Assembly: GCF_018977255.1 (NCBI RefSeq)
Contig: NW_024704743.1
Span: 15,192,001 to 15,256,000 of the forward strand
From: Callorhinchus milii
Lineage: Eukaryota
DNA: 64,000 nt
Direction: 5' to 3'
Shown here: positions 51,908-63,109 of the stretch, in pieces
How positions within the stretch are numbered: position 1 is the stretch's first letter
How the letters are laid out: each line of letters begins with the position of its first letter
Program-made: the position numbers and the translations under genes
Notes under the pieces: generated by a model
The model's input: the letters and a program-made list of their open reading frames with translations, nothing else
The model's database searches: none
What the model was told of the DNA's origin: nothing

Positions 51908-52427
51908 GAACATAAGAATTTGCTAGGCAAAAGAACAACAAAATTACATTTGTATAGCGCCTTTCATGTCGGGAGGACAAAAGAAGACCAAGGTTCATCC
52001 AGTTCACTTTCCACCATCCTGGCAATCGCATGACATGTCGTGTCCCAAACTATATATTGTATCCCAAGATATTATTTCTGAACAGAAATCTATTTAATTT
52101 GTTCTTGAATTAATCAACACTTTCCACTTCCACTATTTCCCTTGGGAGCCTGTTCCAAACGTTTATTACTCGCTCACTGAAGTAGTGTTTCCATAGATTC
52201 ATTCTGAATTTACCCCCTTCAATTGCAGCCCATGTCCTCTGGTTCTACCATTCTGGACAAGATAAAACAGCTTATCATGGTCTACATTATTTAGTCCCTT
52301 TAGAATCTTAAAGACCTTAATCATATCGCCCCTCAACCTTCTTTTCTCCAGCGTGAACAGGCCCAGTTTACCTAATCGCTCCTCATAGTCCAGTCTATCC
52401 ATCCCCTCAATCATTTTGGTTGCCCAT
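51908..52427 (-). mobile_element. CR1 3' fragment containing a 42-bp L2 tail insertion (51936-51977)
   Basis: ORF 52199..52414 YEERLGKLGLFTLEKRRLRGDMIKVFKIL; insertion flanked by CAAAAGAA duplication. Confidence 0.92.
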
Positions 52428-52552
52428 TATTTGTTTTGATTTGATTGACTTTGTTTAGAAAACTTCTGTTGCAAAGTAGAAAAGGAGTGAGAAAACAAAA
52501 TGTTGGAGGATAAATTACAATGAGCTAATTCTTTTTGAACATTCTTTTTCAG

Positions 52553-52631
52553 GGATTCTTTCCCAAATGATCTACAGTTCAGTATTCTGATGAGATTCAC
52601 AGTTGATCAGACACAGACACCAAACCTGAAA
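52553..52631 (+). CDS. CLASP2: CLASP2 exon: DSFPNDLQFSILMRFTVDQTQTPNLK
   Basis: tttcag|...AAA|gtgagt, 79 nt, phase 2->0. Confidence 0.97.
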
Positions 52632-53504
52632 GTGAGTTGGACGTACACAGAAATATATTTGTTCTACTGTAAATCCAGCCAACATAAGTCTTATTTTTAA
52701 GGGTATTTTGATGATTGACTCAAATATCTTGTTATTTTCCTAGTTTTTCCTCTTCCTCAAGTTCTGAATCTCATTATGTGTGTTCATTCATCCATCATAC
52801 CACTAAATAATTTTTTTCTCCTGCTTCTGACTTAAAAATAGCAGATACCTTTCTGATGGTGACTTTGTCAGAAACATAAAAATGAATTCACCTTTCATCT
52901 GTTTGTAACTGATCATTGGTTAGATACATCAGAACCACTTGCTTTTAAATTATGTTACATTATTGCAGAAAATCAATAAGAACAAAAGCAAACAACAACA
53001 AATTGCATTTTATAGTACCTTTCATGTCAGGGACAGATGTCTCAAGGCGCTGGGCTGTCGAGGGCTTACACCTATTTCTTATCAAAGTTAACTTCAGGAC
53101 AGCTGTTTTTGACCATTTGAATTCTCAGATTTTGAAAATTGACATTGCATATAATGCTAAAGGATTTGGAAATTATGAATCCTTCAGATACCTGGAGTCT
53201 TTTACTCCACTGAGATGCTAAATCTCAGTTTAGACTCCTGTAACATGAATAGCAGCCAAAGGAGGTTGCCCTTGATCTTAGTGGAGTCTGAGACTCAGAA
53301 CGCTATTTACAAATACTTTTAGAAATTTCACATATTAGAATCACTATCATGATAGCGTTAGAACATAGAAAAATCTGGCCAATAAGAATATTTGCTGTCA
53401 ACCCCTAGTCATTACCCCCATAAGTAAACACATGGCAAAGTAGTTAATTCAACAGTGAAGTATTTCAAGAAAATAACTAAACATTCCTCATTACCCCTGT
53501 TTGT

Positions 53505-53950
53505 TTGCCTCGGTTGGAAGTACTCTTGTCTCTGGGTCAGAAGATAAGTTGATTCCAGCCCAACAAAGCCATTTTGAGCAAACAGTCTAGACTGACGTTC
53601 CAGTGCAATGTTGGGGGGAAGGTATCTTCCTTTGGATGAGACATTAAACAAGTCCCATCTTCCCGTTCAGGTGGATGTTAAAGCAACAACAACATCAATA
53701 AATTATTTAATAAAATATTCAAAAAGAAAAGGGAGTTTCCAATGTCCTGGCCAACAATCCTCCAAAAATGAATTGGCAGATCACCTCCCGAATGTTTGTG
53801 GGACAGTGCTATTTGTATATTGGCTTCAGGGCAAATTTGCTTCCATTCCATTCCACAAATACACAGTTACTACATCTAACTAATTACTATAAAGCTCTTT
53901 GAGACGTTTGATGTAGGCGCTATATACAGTATATCAAATGCAACAATTAT
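53505..53950 (+). mobile_element. SacSINE-like Deu-domain SINE, decayed
   Basis: gtcagaagat..gattccagccc; ggatgagacattaaac; ttcaggtggatgttaaag; tgtttgtgggac; tail ggcgctatat. Confidence 0.7.
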
Positions 53951-54167
53951 TAGTATTATTGTGTTTAGAGCTTCAGAGAAAGTGCACTACAGCCATAATT
54001 TAGGCCTGTGTTTTTTTTTCGATCACTGCAATTTGGAGTATTTACCTGCTGATTAAATAAAAGAATCTGAGTTACACTGAAAATGTTAAGCTTGAATAAT
54101 AGATAATTACAGTTTATGAAGACTTGATGTAACAAAATGTGAGATCATTGTTGAAAAGTGTAAGACT

Positions 54168-54594
54168 TAATAATAATCCTTGCATTTGATATAGTACCGT
54201 ATTACAACAACAACAACAACAAGATTCCATTTATAAAGCGCCTTTCACGTCAGGAGGACGTCCCACATCTTCTAGATGTCTCAAAGCACTTTACAGAATA
54301 TACTTTAAAGTGAATTGACTATATATTTTGTGGGCGAAACGCAGCAGCCAATTGCACACAGCAATGTCCCACAAACAGTGGTGGATTGAGTGACCAAATT
54401 TTTACATTTTTTTTAGGGATTATTACCACTGGAAAAGTGATCCGCCAATCTATTCATAAACGGGTTCCTACTTACTGCTGGTTAAACAGAGGCGTGTAGA
54501 GTGAGGAAACTTGCCCAACGTTTTGCCCTGCCCAGGAATTGAACCCAGGTCCTCTCGCAACCCAGGTGCTCTAACTAATAGGCTACAGCACTCC
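54168..54594 (-). mobile_element. Full-length composite SINE with a nested L2 tail (~54204-54265)
   Basis: Tail, body and head all present on the minus strand. Confidence 0.9.
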
Positions 54595-54659
54595 ACGTGG
54601 CATGTAAAACATACGTACCTCCTGAAGGGAGGATTAACATCATGGTATGAAATGCCAAG

Positions 54660-55019
54660 ATATCCTGTAGTGTAGTGGTTAGTGTACTCACCTCACAAGC
54701 AAGAGGACCTGGGTTTGATTCCTAGGCAGAGGAAAACCTTAAGCAAGTTTCCTTACTCCACACGCTTCTGTTTACCTAGCAGCGAATAGGAACCCAGTTG
54801 TTAATCAATTGGCAAATTGCTTTCCAGGGGTATATTAAAAAAAGTGGTAACTCAATACTAAAAAAATGTGGTAACTCATTCCATGACTGTTTGTGGTACA
54901 TTGCTGTGCGCATTTCGGCCACACAATACACAAGTCAATTCATTTTACAATATGCCTTGTGAAGTGTTTCAGACGTCTCGACGACGTGATAAGGCACTAT
55001 AGTAAATGCAAGGATTATC
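54660..55019 (+). mobile_element. Full-length composite SINE (long subfamily)
   Basis: cctgtagtgtagtggttag head, gggtttgattcc B box, CORE-like, Deu-like, aatgcaaggatt tail. Confidence 0.9.
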
Positions 55020-55177
55020 AATATCCCAGTCCAGTGCCTATACATACGTTGTGATGGTGGTATTTGAACAATTTTGGTTACATATAACCTTGATACATAT
55101 TAACCTCACCTGCAATCTAATTTATTGATAAGTGAAAAGTGCTAATAACCGATTTTGTTCATTGGGAAGTTTGAATA

Positions 55178-55370
55178 CTACAACAACAAATTACATTTAT
55201 GTGGGGCCTTTCACGTCAGGAGGACGGCCCAAGGCGCTGGACAGTCAGGGATCTGTACCCAAGCTGGTGGTTTGGATCAGGAGGAGTGGAGGGCGGGGAG
55301 GATAGGGTTAGTATGGTGACCGAAGGCACAGTCGAAGAGGAGGGTCTTGAGACGGGTCTTGAAGGAGGCA
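55178..55370 (-). mobile_element. L2 3' fragment
   Basis: (CAA)n tail, cctttcacgtcaggaggacgg, gtcgaagaggagggtcttgag. Confidence 0.88.
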
Positions 55371-55394
55371 TTTACAAATACTCTTTATTTACAG

Positions 55395-55538
55395 GTAAAA
55401 GTTGCCATTTTGAAGTACATTGAGACGCTGACTCTACAGATGGATCCTGGAGACTTTGTAAATTCCAGTGAAACACGTTTGGCAGTATCGCGCATCATCA
55501 CTTGGACAACAGAACCAAAAAGTTCAGATGTTAGAAAG
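55395..55538 (+). CDS. CLASP2: CLASP2 exon: VKVAILKYIETLTLQMDPGDFVNSSETRLAVSRIITWTTEPKSSDVRK
   Basis: ttacag|...AAG|gtatgt, 144 nt, phase 0-0. Confidence 0.98.
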
Positions 55539-55824
55539 GTATGTGTTATTAATGACTGCGTATTTATATTAAATGTCATATTGTATTGCTTTGAAACATC
55601 TCGAAGACATAAGGCGCTATATCAAAGGATTATTATTATACAGTAAGGGTAAGTAAGTAGTGCAGCAGTAAAATGTTCTCTTGATGTTTTTTTTAAATCT
55701 TAGATGGAAGTTTCATATTTTGATCTTTTTTCAGCTGAACACAAATATTCTTTTATTACTACTGTGTTTAGAGCTTCAGTCCTTATGTATATGTCGTCTA
55801 AAATTCGATCTAATCAATAATCTA

Positions 55825-56190
55825 CCCCACGCATGCGTAACTCAATTCACCCAATAAGTGACAGGTCAAGACTACACAGTGACGGTCAAAACTACGTTTC
55901 CCAAGATCCAGTGCTTTTCGACTCGTTGCCATATGCAGACTTACTGGCCGCAGTGATGAAGTGAGGCATGCGCACACTTACTGGTTGCATGGAATCGCGG
56001 GAAATGTCATTTTGGCCCGTCGCCTCTTCTGCAGTGCAGTGACGGGTCAAGACTATGTTTCCCACAATTCAATGCATCCGGCTTTTTAAGTGCGCGTGCG
56101 TTAATGGATCAGGACGTCATTTCCCGCGATTCACTGCAGTCACGGAGTGCAGGGATGAGGGAGGACAGGGGAGCGGCCTTACGAGTTAGG
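55825..56190. promoter_or_regulatory. CpG-rich intronic island with four ZNF143/Staf-like motifs, NRF1-like sites and a CCAAT box
   Basis: ACTACGTTTCCCAAGATCCAGTGC (55891-55914); inverted copy 55987-56010; ACTATGTTTCCCACAATTCAATGC (56052-56075); ACGTCATTTCCCGCGATTCACTGC (56114-56137); GCATGCG at 55831 and 55966; CCAAT at 55851. Confidence 0.6.
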
Positions 56191-59100
56191 AGATTAATGG
56201 CTTGTTTTTAGAAAATACAACTAGTACAAAGGAATCTAAAAGTGGATTTGGTTGAAGGTGAATGGGACTCAGGTGCATGTACGACTTAGGCGGTTATATG
56301 ATTCATAAAGATAAGACTTACATAAGTTTTATTTGTTGTATAGACTAGTTTTGATTTGGCGCAGGCTTCTCAGACGTGACCAGCAGAGTCGATAAAACAG
56401 TCACCACAAATTTCTGTGACGTTTCTCTTTATTTCATAGCAGATTTTTTAAAGCAGCTTTCTTTACTTACGGAGAAAAGCTTAATTCTTCTTTTTCATCA
56501 ATTTTACTAAAAATAGGCAACAGTACTGTGATTGTTTCATTCATTTCTNAAAAAAAAATGAAACACTGAAATGGATTAAAGCGAGAAAAAATAACTGCAA
56601 ACTGTAACAATTAAAATGGCATCGGTTTGAATTTATTTATTTTTAGTTCCCAGTTGAACAATGCTTATTGTTGTAGGGGTATAGTTCACATGATGTAAAA
56701 TTAACTGTAGAGTGCCCCTAGCTACAAAAGTGCCAGAAAGCTTAATTGTTAACTTGTGTGGTTTTAATTGAATCATCCCCAGCAGCAGCACACTGCGGAC
56801 TTCAGAGTTTTGAATTATTATTCACGGCTATAACTTGCAATCAGAAACTCTGGTGTGTGTATTCTCTGTGGCTGGAATTGGGCAATAATTACAGCAAAAT
56901 ATTTCAGCACATTCCTTGGTTTGTGTATTACTAAAGTGATTATTCACCATGCTCTGGTCCATTGGAAACCTTTCAGATAAACTTTGTTTGTTGATATACT
57001 TCCAATATGGTGCATAGTTACAGAAGTGGAAAATATTGGAGTAACATTTGCCTTTACAGAAGACACGGCAATTCCTCTGATTAAAGATGTGAACATTGAG
57101 TTTTTAAAGGCTTTCTATTATCTTTGTTTTGTAGATTCAAGTAATTACAAATGATTACATTTTCTGTAAGTTGCAAGCATGATATTAAAGTCTCATAATT
57201 ACTATTCTGATACATATTACCTTTGTGGATGACATAAACCTATCCTTCAAAAAAGTGAACTAGACAAAAGAAGTTACAACCTTGAATTGTTAGGCAGCAA
57301 TTATTCTTATTAACTTTGGTGAAAAAAAACAGTTTCTCTTTTCACTGATCATGTGAGAAGTGAACTCCTACAGGGAGTTTGAAAGCTGACTACTCACAAC
57401 AGACACCCACTCATACAGAAAGCAATGTCATGCTCCTTGCCCAATCATGGAAACGTTGGGAGTATCTGTAGCTAGCTGAGCTTATACCTGAATAATAGAA
57501 GCTGAGATGCAGAACTTGGTCTGAATATCAGGCAATGCCAATCTTGATGCATTTTCCTCCTGTACTTGTAAAAGTCAATGGCCTGGATTCCCAAACCCAG
57601 TATAAAGTAGCTAGATTTGCAGGTAGCACACACTGTGCGGGTGGATCTGTGGAATCAGAACAGGCAGCAAAGGTTTTACAAAGATCTTGATAGGGCAAAT
57701 GAAATTCATTACAGATAAATGTAAGGTACTGCAATAGGAAATAAGAATGGGAAGCACATTTACCTCTAAATTACTCCTAACTTCCAGATACTCTGCTCTT
57801 GGTGCTTTTCTTCCTCTTTGTATGCTGATCTTGTTTATATTAAGACATTGGACTATCTTCTATTGATTTCTCTGAATGAAAGAAGTAGGTTTGAATACAT
57901 TGGGAGGTACTCCAAAATGTTACCTTGAGCTTAAAAGTAAAGTCAATGCAGATTGATTTTATGGAGCAGCTTTAGCAGGAATATTTACATCTGCTGCACT
58001 CAGTTTACCAGTCAGTCAATGCACAAAGTTGTGAAAGGAATGCTATCATGGACATTGCCCTTTCATAACTAGAAACCAGACTTTTAATAAGCTTTGGGAA
58101 TTTATTTTGAAAAATCATATTACATCGGAAGACAGAAATCTCAATCTATTGGTAAACTGCAAAAATCATTGTCACAGGATGTTGATCTGTACAAATAAGC
58201 TTCAGCACCACCCATAAGCCTTCATCTAATATCTCAGTACAAAAAAAGTTCTCTGTACAGATATGCACAGAAGCTTAACTCTGAAAAGATTCCCTTTCTA
58301 AATTCTATCAAATTTTAGATATTTATTTCTTGCTAATCATTATCAGGAATCTTGCTGTATTATCTAGGCCTCCATTCTGCCCCTGATATGATTAGCAGAG
58401 TGAATACCAGGCCTATGGATCTCAGAATCACAGATATGCCATTGCTGTTGAACAAATTGAGTTTTAAATGCCCCCTTCTGGCAATGGTCTTTAGTCTTAT
58501 CAAAACACAGAAGCAAAATGACACAGTGTGGCAGCGTGAAGAACTGATTAATTTATTGATGGATAGATAGATATACTGTGCAGGATTCAAAGCTACAGTA
58601 AAGAAATGAAGAACTGTTGTATAGTTGTTGATATAGATAAGCCAAAATTCACTAGTCATTGCTGTTATTTTCGAGCTTTTGACTCTGCAGAACCTGACAG
58701 CCTAATGTAGCTCAACCTTTTCTGGTTAGCCACCAGGAGAGTGATTTTGTTTCCCTCTAGAGCTGTGTTTTAGTATTTCAGTAATTCTGGTTGGCATAGA
58801 TTTTTTTGCAACCAGCATTTCCAGATATCATATTAATCTTCCTGGCAGCATATATGTAGCCACTTCACTATTGTAATCCCTTTCTTTATTTTGTGGTCTG
58901 ATGTTAGTTGAGACCCGCATTAAGTTAATCAGCTAAGTGTTTTGAAGGTTCATTCTTGACTTTGAACTCCACTGCCATCTGGTTTCATTGAAGTTTCTTC
59001 CAGTGACAGCAAAGTAGTGCTTGTGCGTAATATCAGACTATTCTAGGTTTGCCCTAGTTCCAGCCAATTATATTGAATAGGGGTAATGGAGGCCAGTAAT

Positions 59101-59372
59101 GTTATTTTAATTAGAAGATAGATGAATTATGGTAACATCACCAATTAAAGAATATTAATGAGTCTAATTTGTAATATTTCTTAAACGGATTATTTAATAA
59201 TGAATCAAAATCATGAGAATAGGAACTCTTGTATGACCTGCTGACCTATGGGAACTCGGTTTCGATAACAACTATTTTCTGAGTGAAGTTCCCCAGGGTC
59301 GATCGGTTGGCATTCATTATTAAAGAACCCCATTAAAAAGTAATGCAAATTATACCATAGTATTCTATTAAA

Positions 59373-59570
59373 CAGGGTGATCCAACCTTTTGTCTGCTGA
59401 GGGCCATATGCCCTATTTGAGAAACGTCTGCGGCTTCAAAAGTAATATTTTTGTGATTCCCTTCCAGAAACATAACAATTACAGGTTATGGAGGGAGCGG
59501 GTGGGCCAGATGAAATGGAGGGAGGGGGGACGGGATGTAACTGGCCGGCCCGCGAACTGCCTTAGACCAA
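59373..59570. mobile_element. hAT (Charlie/MER58-like) non-autonomous remnant
   Basis: Starts CAGGGTGATCCAACCTTTT...gagggccata; internal gggccagatgaaa...tggccggcccg. Confidence 0.55.
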
Positions 59571-59655
59571 AAGACATTTTGAGTGCAAATACTATCGAAT
59601 GCTTCTAGAAAGAAAACTAGAAATCTTAATATTGTTTTGACCACTTTTCTTTCAG

Positions 59656-59799
59656 GCAGCTCAAATAGTGTTGATATCTCTGTTTCAACTCAACACCCCA
59701 GAATTCAGCATGTTACTTGGAGCTTTGCCCAAAACATTCCAGGATGGAGCCACCAAACTACTTCAAAACCATCTCCGTAATTCAGGCAGCACTAGCCAG
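59656..59799 (+). CDS. CLASP2: CLASP2 exon, end of TOG3: AAQIVLISLFQLNTPEFSMLLGALPKTFQDGATKLLQNHLRNSGSTSQ
   Basis: tttcag|...CAG|gtaaat, 144 nt, phase 0-0. Confidence 0.98.
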
Positions 59800-59816
59800 G
59801 TAAATGCCCTACATTT

Positions 59817-60132
59817 ATAATAATAATCCTTGCATTTGATATAGCGCTTTTCACGTCGGGAGGACGTCCCAAAGCGCTTCACAGAACACACTGTAAAGAC
59901 TGTATATTTGTGGGCGAACGCGGCAGCCAATTGTGCACAGCAATGTCCCACAAACAGTTGTAGATTGAAAATGACCAATTTATTATTGTTTTTAGTTTTT
60001 TGGAGGGATTATTATTATTATTATTAGGCGTGTGGAGTAAGGAAACTTGCCCAAGGTTTCGCCCTGCCTGGAATTGAACTCAGATCTCTCACTTGCAAAG
60101 CGAGTGCTCTAACCAGTGAGCTACAGGACTCC
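59817..60132 (-). mobile_element. Full-length SINE (short subfamily), 17 nt downstream of a CLASP2 splice donor
   Basis: Complete head to tail; shares the CCACACGCC|TAATAAT internal deletion with 15349-15642. Confidence 0.92.
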
Positions 60133-60384
60133 ACATACTAAATCATTGGCAGGGTTTGAAATTATCATAAACTGTAAAAAAAAACTTGGCTTGGAGTGGC
60201 TATTTAAACTTAGTGTGATTTATGTTTGACGGCAGCAAACTAAATCATGCATTGCAAATTGGTAGGGCATTGCAAAAATGAATTGTGAAGGTCTAATATG
60301 CAGCAATTTCTAACAATATTCCTTACCTGGGAAACCAAAAGTAAAGCACTCTGAGCTGAAGGAATTCTGTCCAACAGGATCAGC

Positions 60385-60525
60385 CTCCATAGGCTGCAGA
60401 TCATCCAGAACGCTGTAACCCGCATCCTCTCCTGCACTAGGCTCCGTGAACCCATTACCCCCATCCTTGACCGACTCTTGGCTTCCCATCACACAGAGAA
60501 TACAGTTCAAGATCCTGGTCCTCAA
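60385..60525 (+). mobile_element. L2 ORF2 fragment
   Basis: ctgcagatcatccagaac...ggctccgtgaacccattaccccc...ttcaagatcctggtcctc. Confidence 0.8.
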
Positions 60526-60752
60526 CAATGTGATAAGGCATATATCAAATGCAAGGGTTATGTTTGTTAAAGTAAATATACTGAAATTAAGCAACAGTGA
60601 CCTGTTGTTGTGATACATTGACTATCAAACTGGCCAAGCTAACTAATTGGAAAGAATTGCATTTTTATCGATACAACTATCTTTTCGGTCTTGGTCAGAT
60701 TGTGAAAATGCTTGAACTTTAATTCTTAGTGACTTTTATCTTTTCTCTGCAG

Positions 60753-60862
60753 CAGGGATCTAGCAGCAGTTCTGCAACACGAGGTACACCGCGCTCACCT
60801 GCAGGTTGGTCCAGTCCTCTCACCTCACCAACCAATACAGCACAGAATAACCTACCACCAAG
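60753..60862 (+). CDS. CLASP2: CLASP2 exon: (Q)GSSSSSATRGTPRSPAGWSSPLTSPTNTAQNNLPP(S); NAGNAG acceptor (60753 or 60756)
   Basis: ctgcag|cag|GGA...AG|gtaatg; TPRSPAxWSSPLTSPTNT is CLASP2-type. Confidence 0.95.
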
Positions 60863-61649
60863 GTAATGTGAATGTAATAGCCTGTGCACTATCAATCATT
60901 GAGCTGCCTAACCGGTGCTTTCGTCATCACTCCTTAAAGATATATTGATTCTAGTCATTCAATTCAGTAGATTTGACTGTTGAACAACCAAATAGTAAAT
61001 ATGCATTCAAATATGCATGTATAGTGTTGATGGTTATGAATCCAAAATAAGGACTTTAGAAATCAAATTAAGTGTAAAAATTGGTTTAGGTTTTGTGTTT
61101 TAAATGCTGCATCATTTTTCTATAATATCTGAACAATATATTGTTCCACTTGGTAGATTGGTTAATATTAGATTTGTTTGAAGTAAAGAACATAATTAAT
61201 TTTGTTACTTTATAACCATAGACTTTTACAAAATATTGCCATAAGCTTTTTTATGCAATGTAAAACAAAGCTATCCTCTGAATTGAGAAGTTGTTTATGT
61301 TTGGCTCTATTTTATGAACAACCAATCCCAAAACTTAGCAGCCATGTTATCAAATAGCCAAAGTAGTACTTAAAGTGTACTCAAACATTTTATGGTTTTT
61401 GTTTCTACTCTTATGTTGGCTACTTTGTATTGATCTAGTAGCTGCTCATGAAACCATGTAGCTACAATGTCAGCAGAGATCTTTACAGCACCTTTCCTAC
61501 AGGAACTTCTATGAATAGTATTTATTTTACTTATGTTCTGTATTAGTGCAGTGACATTGAATATGATTTTAAACACAAGTTGAAATTTACTGCCAACTTG
61601 TACAATAAGCCTTCTCAACAAAGTGCATTATTTGTTTTGTTGCAAACAG

Positions 61650-61806
61650 TGCATTTAACTACGACACAGAAAATATGAATTCAGAAGAAATATACAGCTC
61701 TCTTCGAGGAATGACAGAAGCCATCCAAAACTTTAGCTTCCTTAGTCAAGAAGAAATGATCGAACCTGTAAGACGGGATGGTAAAAAAGATGGTGATGGA
61801 GACCTG
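61650..61806 (+). CDS. CLASP2: CLASP2 exon: AFNYDTENMNSEEIYSSLRGMTEAIQNFSFLSQEEMIEPVRRDGKKDGDGDL
   Basis: aaacag|...CTG|gtacgt, 157 nt, phase 2->0. Confidence 0.97.
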
Positions 61807-62189
61807 GTACGTGGTTTCATATTTCTGTTAAATCTTCTGAATCCTCTTTGGTGTACCAGCGTCCTTTTGTGGACAATATTCCAATTGTGGCCTCAACTGT
61901 AGAGGGTTAAAATGAGGTCAGACAAGCCTGTCGAAGGAGGGTGTGGGCTCACGGGAGAGCGACGAAGGGAGTGGGGCTGTCGGGGAAGCAAAGAGGAGTA
62001 TTTCCATTTACTTTTAACCAACATGTCAGTCTGTTAATAATTTAATAGCTAATTATTATTAATATTAACCTCACTCACAACCCCACTAATCACTATTTTG
62101 TTGTTATTGTTATTTTTCAATTTATGAGATCTGTGCCCCAGACCCTATCACCCGTGCCCCCCCTGTCCCCCCCCCAAGCTGCTCTCCTT

Positions 62190-62270
62190 AGCCCCTCTCC
62201 CCATGTCAACCCCCTCCCCATGTCAACTCCCCCCTCCCCATGTCAACCCCCCCCCCTCCCCATGTCACCC
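62190..62270. repeat. Minisatellite (CCCCTCCCCATGTCAAC)x~4
   Basis: Direct tandem units visible. Confidence 0.85.
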
Positions 62271-62284
62271 ACATATCACCATTT

Positions 62285-62488
62285 GTTGTTAGTCGATTGG
62301 TAGTTCGCTTTCTGGAGGTAATAATCCCTTCAAAAATAAACAATAATAATAATTTGGTCACTCAATCCATGACTGTTTGTGGGACACTGGTATGCGCAAT
62401 TGGGTGCCGTGTTTCGTCCACAAGATCCACACTTTACAGTATATTCTGTGAAGCGCTTTGAGAAATTTTGACGACTTGAAAAGGCGCT
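62285..62488 (+). mobile_element. SINE 3' half, joined tail-to-tail to an L2
   Basis: Deu-like body ends aaggcgct, directly abutting (CAA)n. Confidence 0.8.
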
Positions 62489-63028
62489 ACAACAACAACA
62501 ACAACAACTGCATTTATATAGTCCCCAGCCCATCATGCCGGTTAGCGTCCCGGAGTGCTTGACACTGGCGGAAACTGACCCCGAGCCATGGGAGAGGGAG
62601 GGGGGAGGTGACTATAAATACGATCAAGAGGAAGGTCTTTAGGTGTGATTTGAAAGTGGTGGGGGGGTGGGGGGCAAGGCGAAGGGATTGGGGAAGAGAG
62701 TACCAGAGCTTCGCACAGGTTCAGTGAATCTTGAGGGAGATCCCAGGGAAGTTGAGTTCGGACACGCAAGAAGGAAGACGTTGACAGGAGCCAAAGGGTA
62801 TGGCTTCCATTTTGCTGAAGTTCAGCTGCAGGAAATTTGCGCTCATTCAGAACATTAGCGGACGAGGAGATGCAGCTGGAGAAGAAAGGGAAATAAATTT
62901 GGGAATCATCCGCATACATGTGGAAGTTGACCTCATGTCTGCAGATGACATCGCCGAGAGGGAGTGTGTAAAAGATGAAAAGAAGGGGCCTAGGATGGAG
63001 CCTTGGGGTACCCCGCAGGTGACCAGGC
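62489..63028 (-). mobile_element. Internally deleted L2 (RT fragment + tail)
   Basis: [11 protein letters not shown] and [10 protein letters not shown] on minus strand; (CAA)n tail. Confidence 0.88.
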
Positions 63029-63109
63029 AAGTAATATTATTATTTTTGAAGGCTGTAGTTGCAAGATCAAATGGATTATTTAAAAGGGATATGCATACAC
63101 ACATATATA

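Noticed and set aside
53960..55779. 17-bp direct repeat TGTGTTTAGAGCTTCAG (53960-53976, 55763-55779) as a TSD
   Set aside because: The enclosed 1.8 kb contains an essential CLASP2 exon, so it cannot be a simple insertion; origin unresolved.
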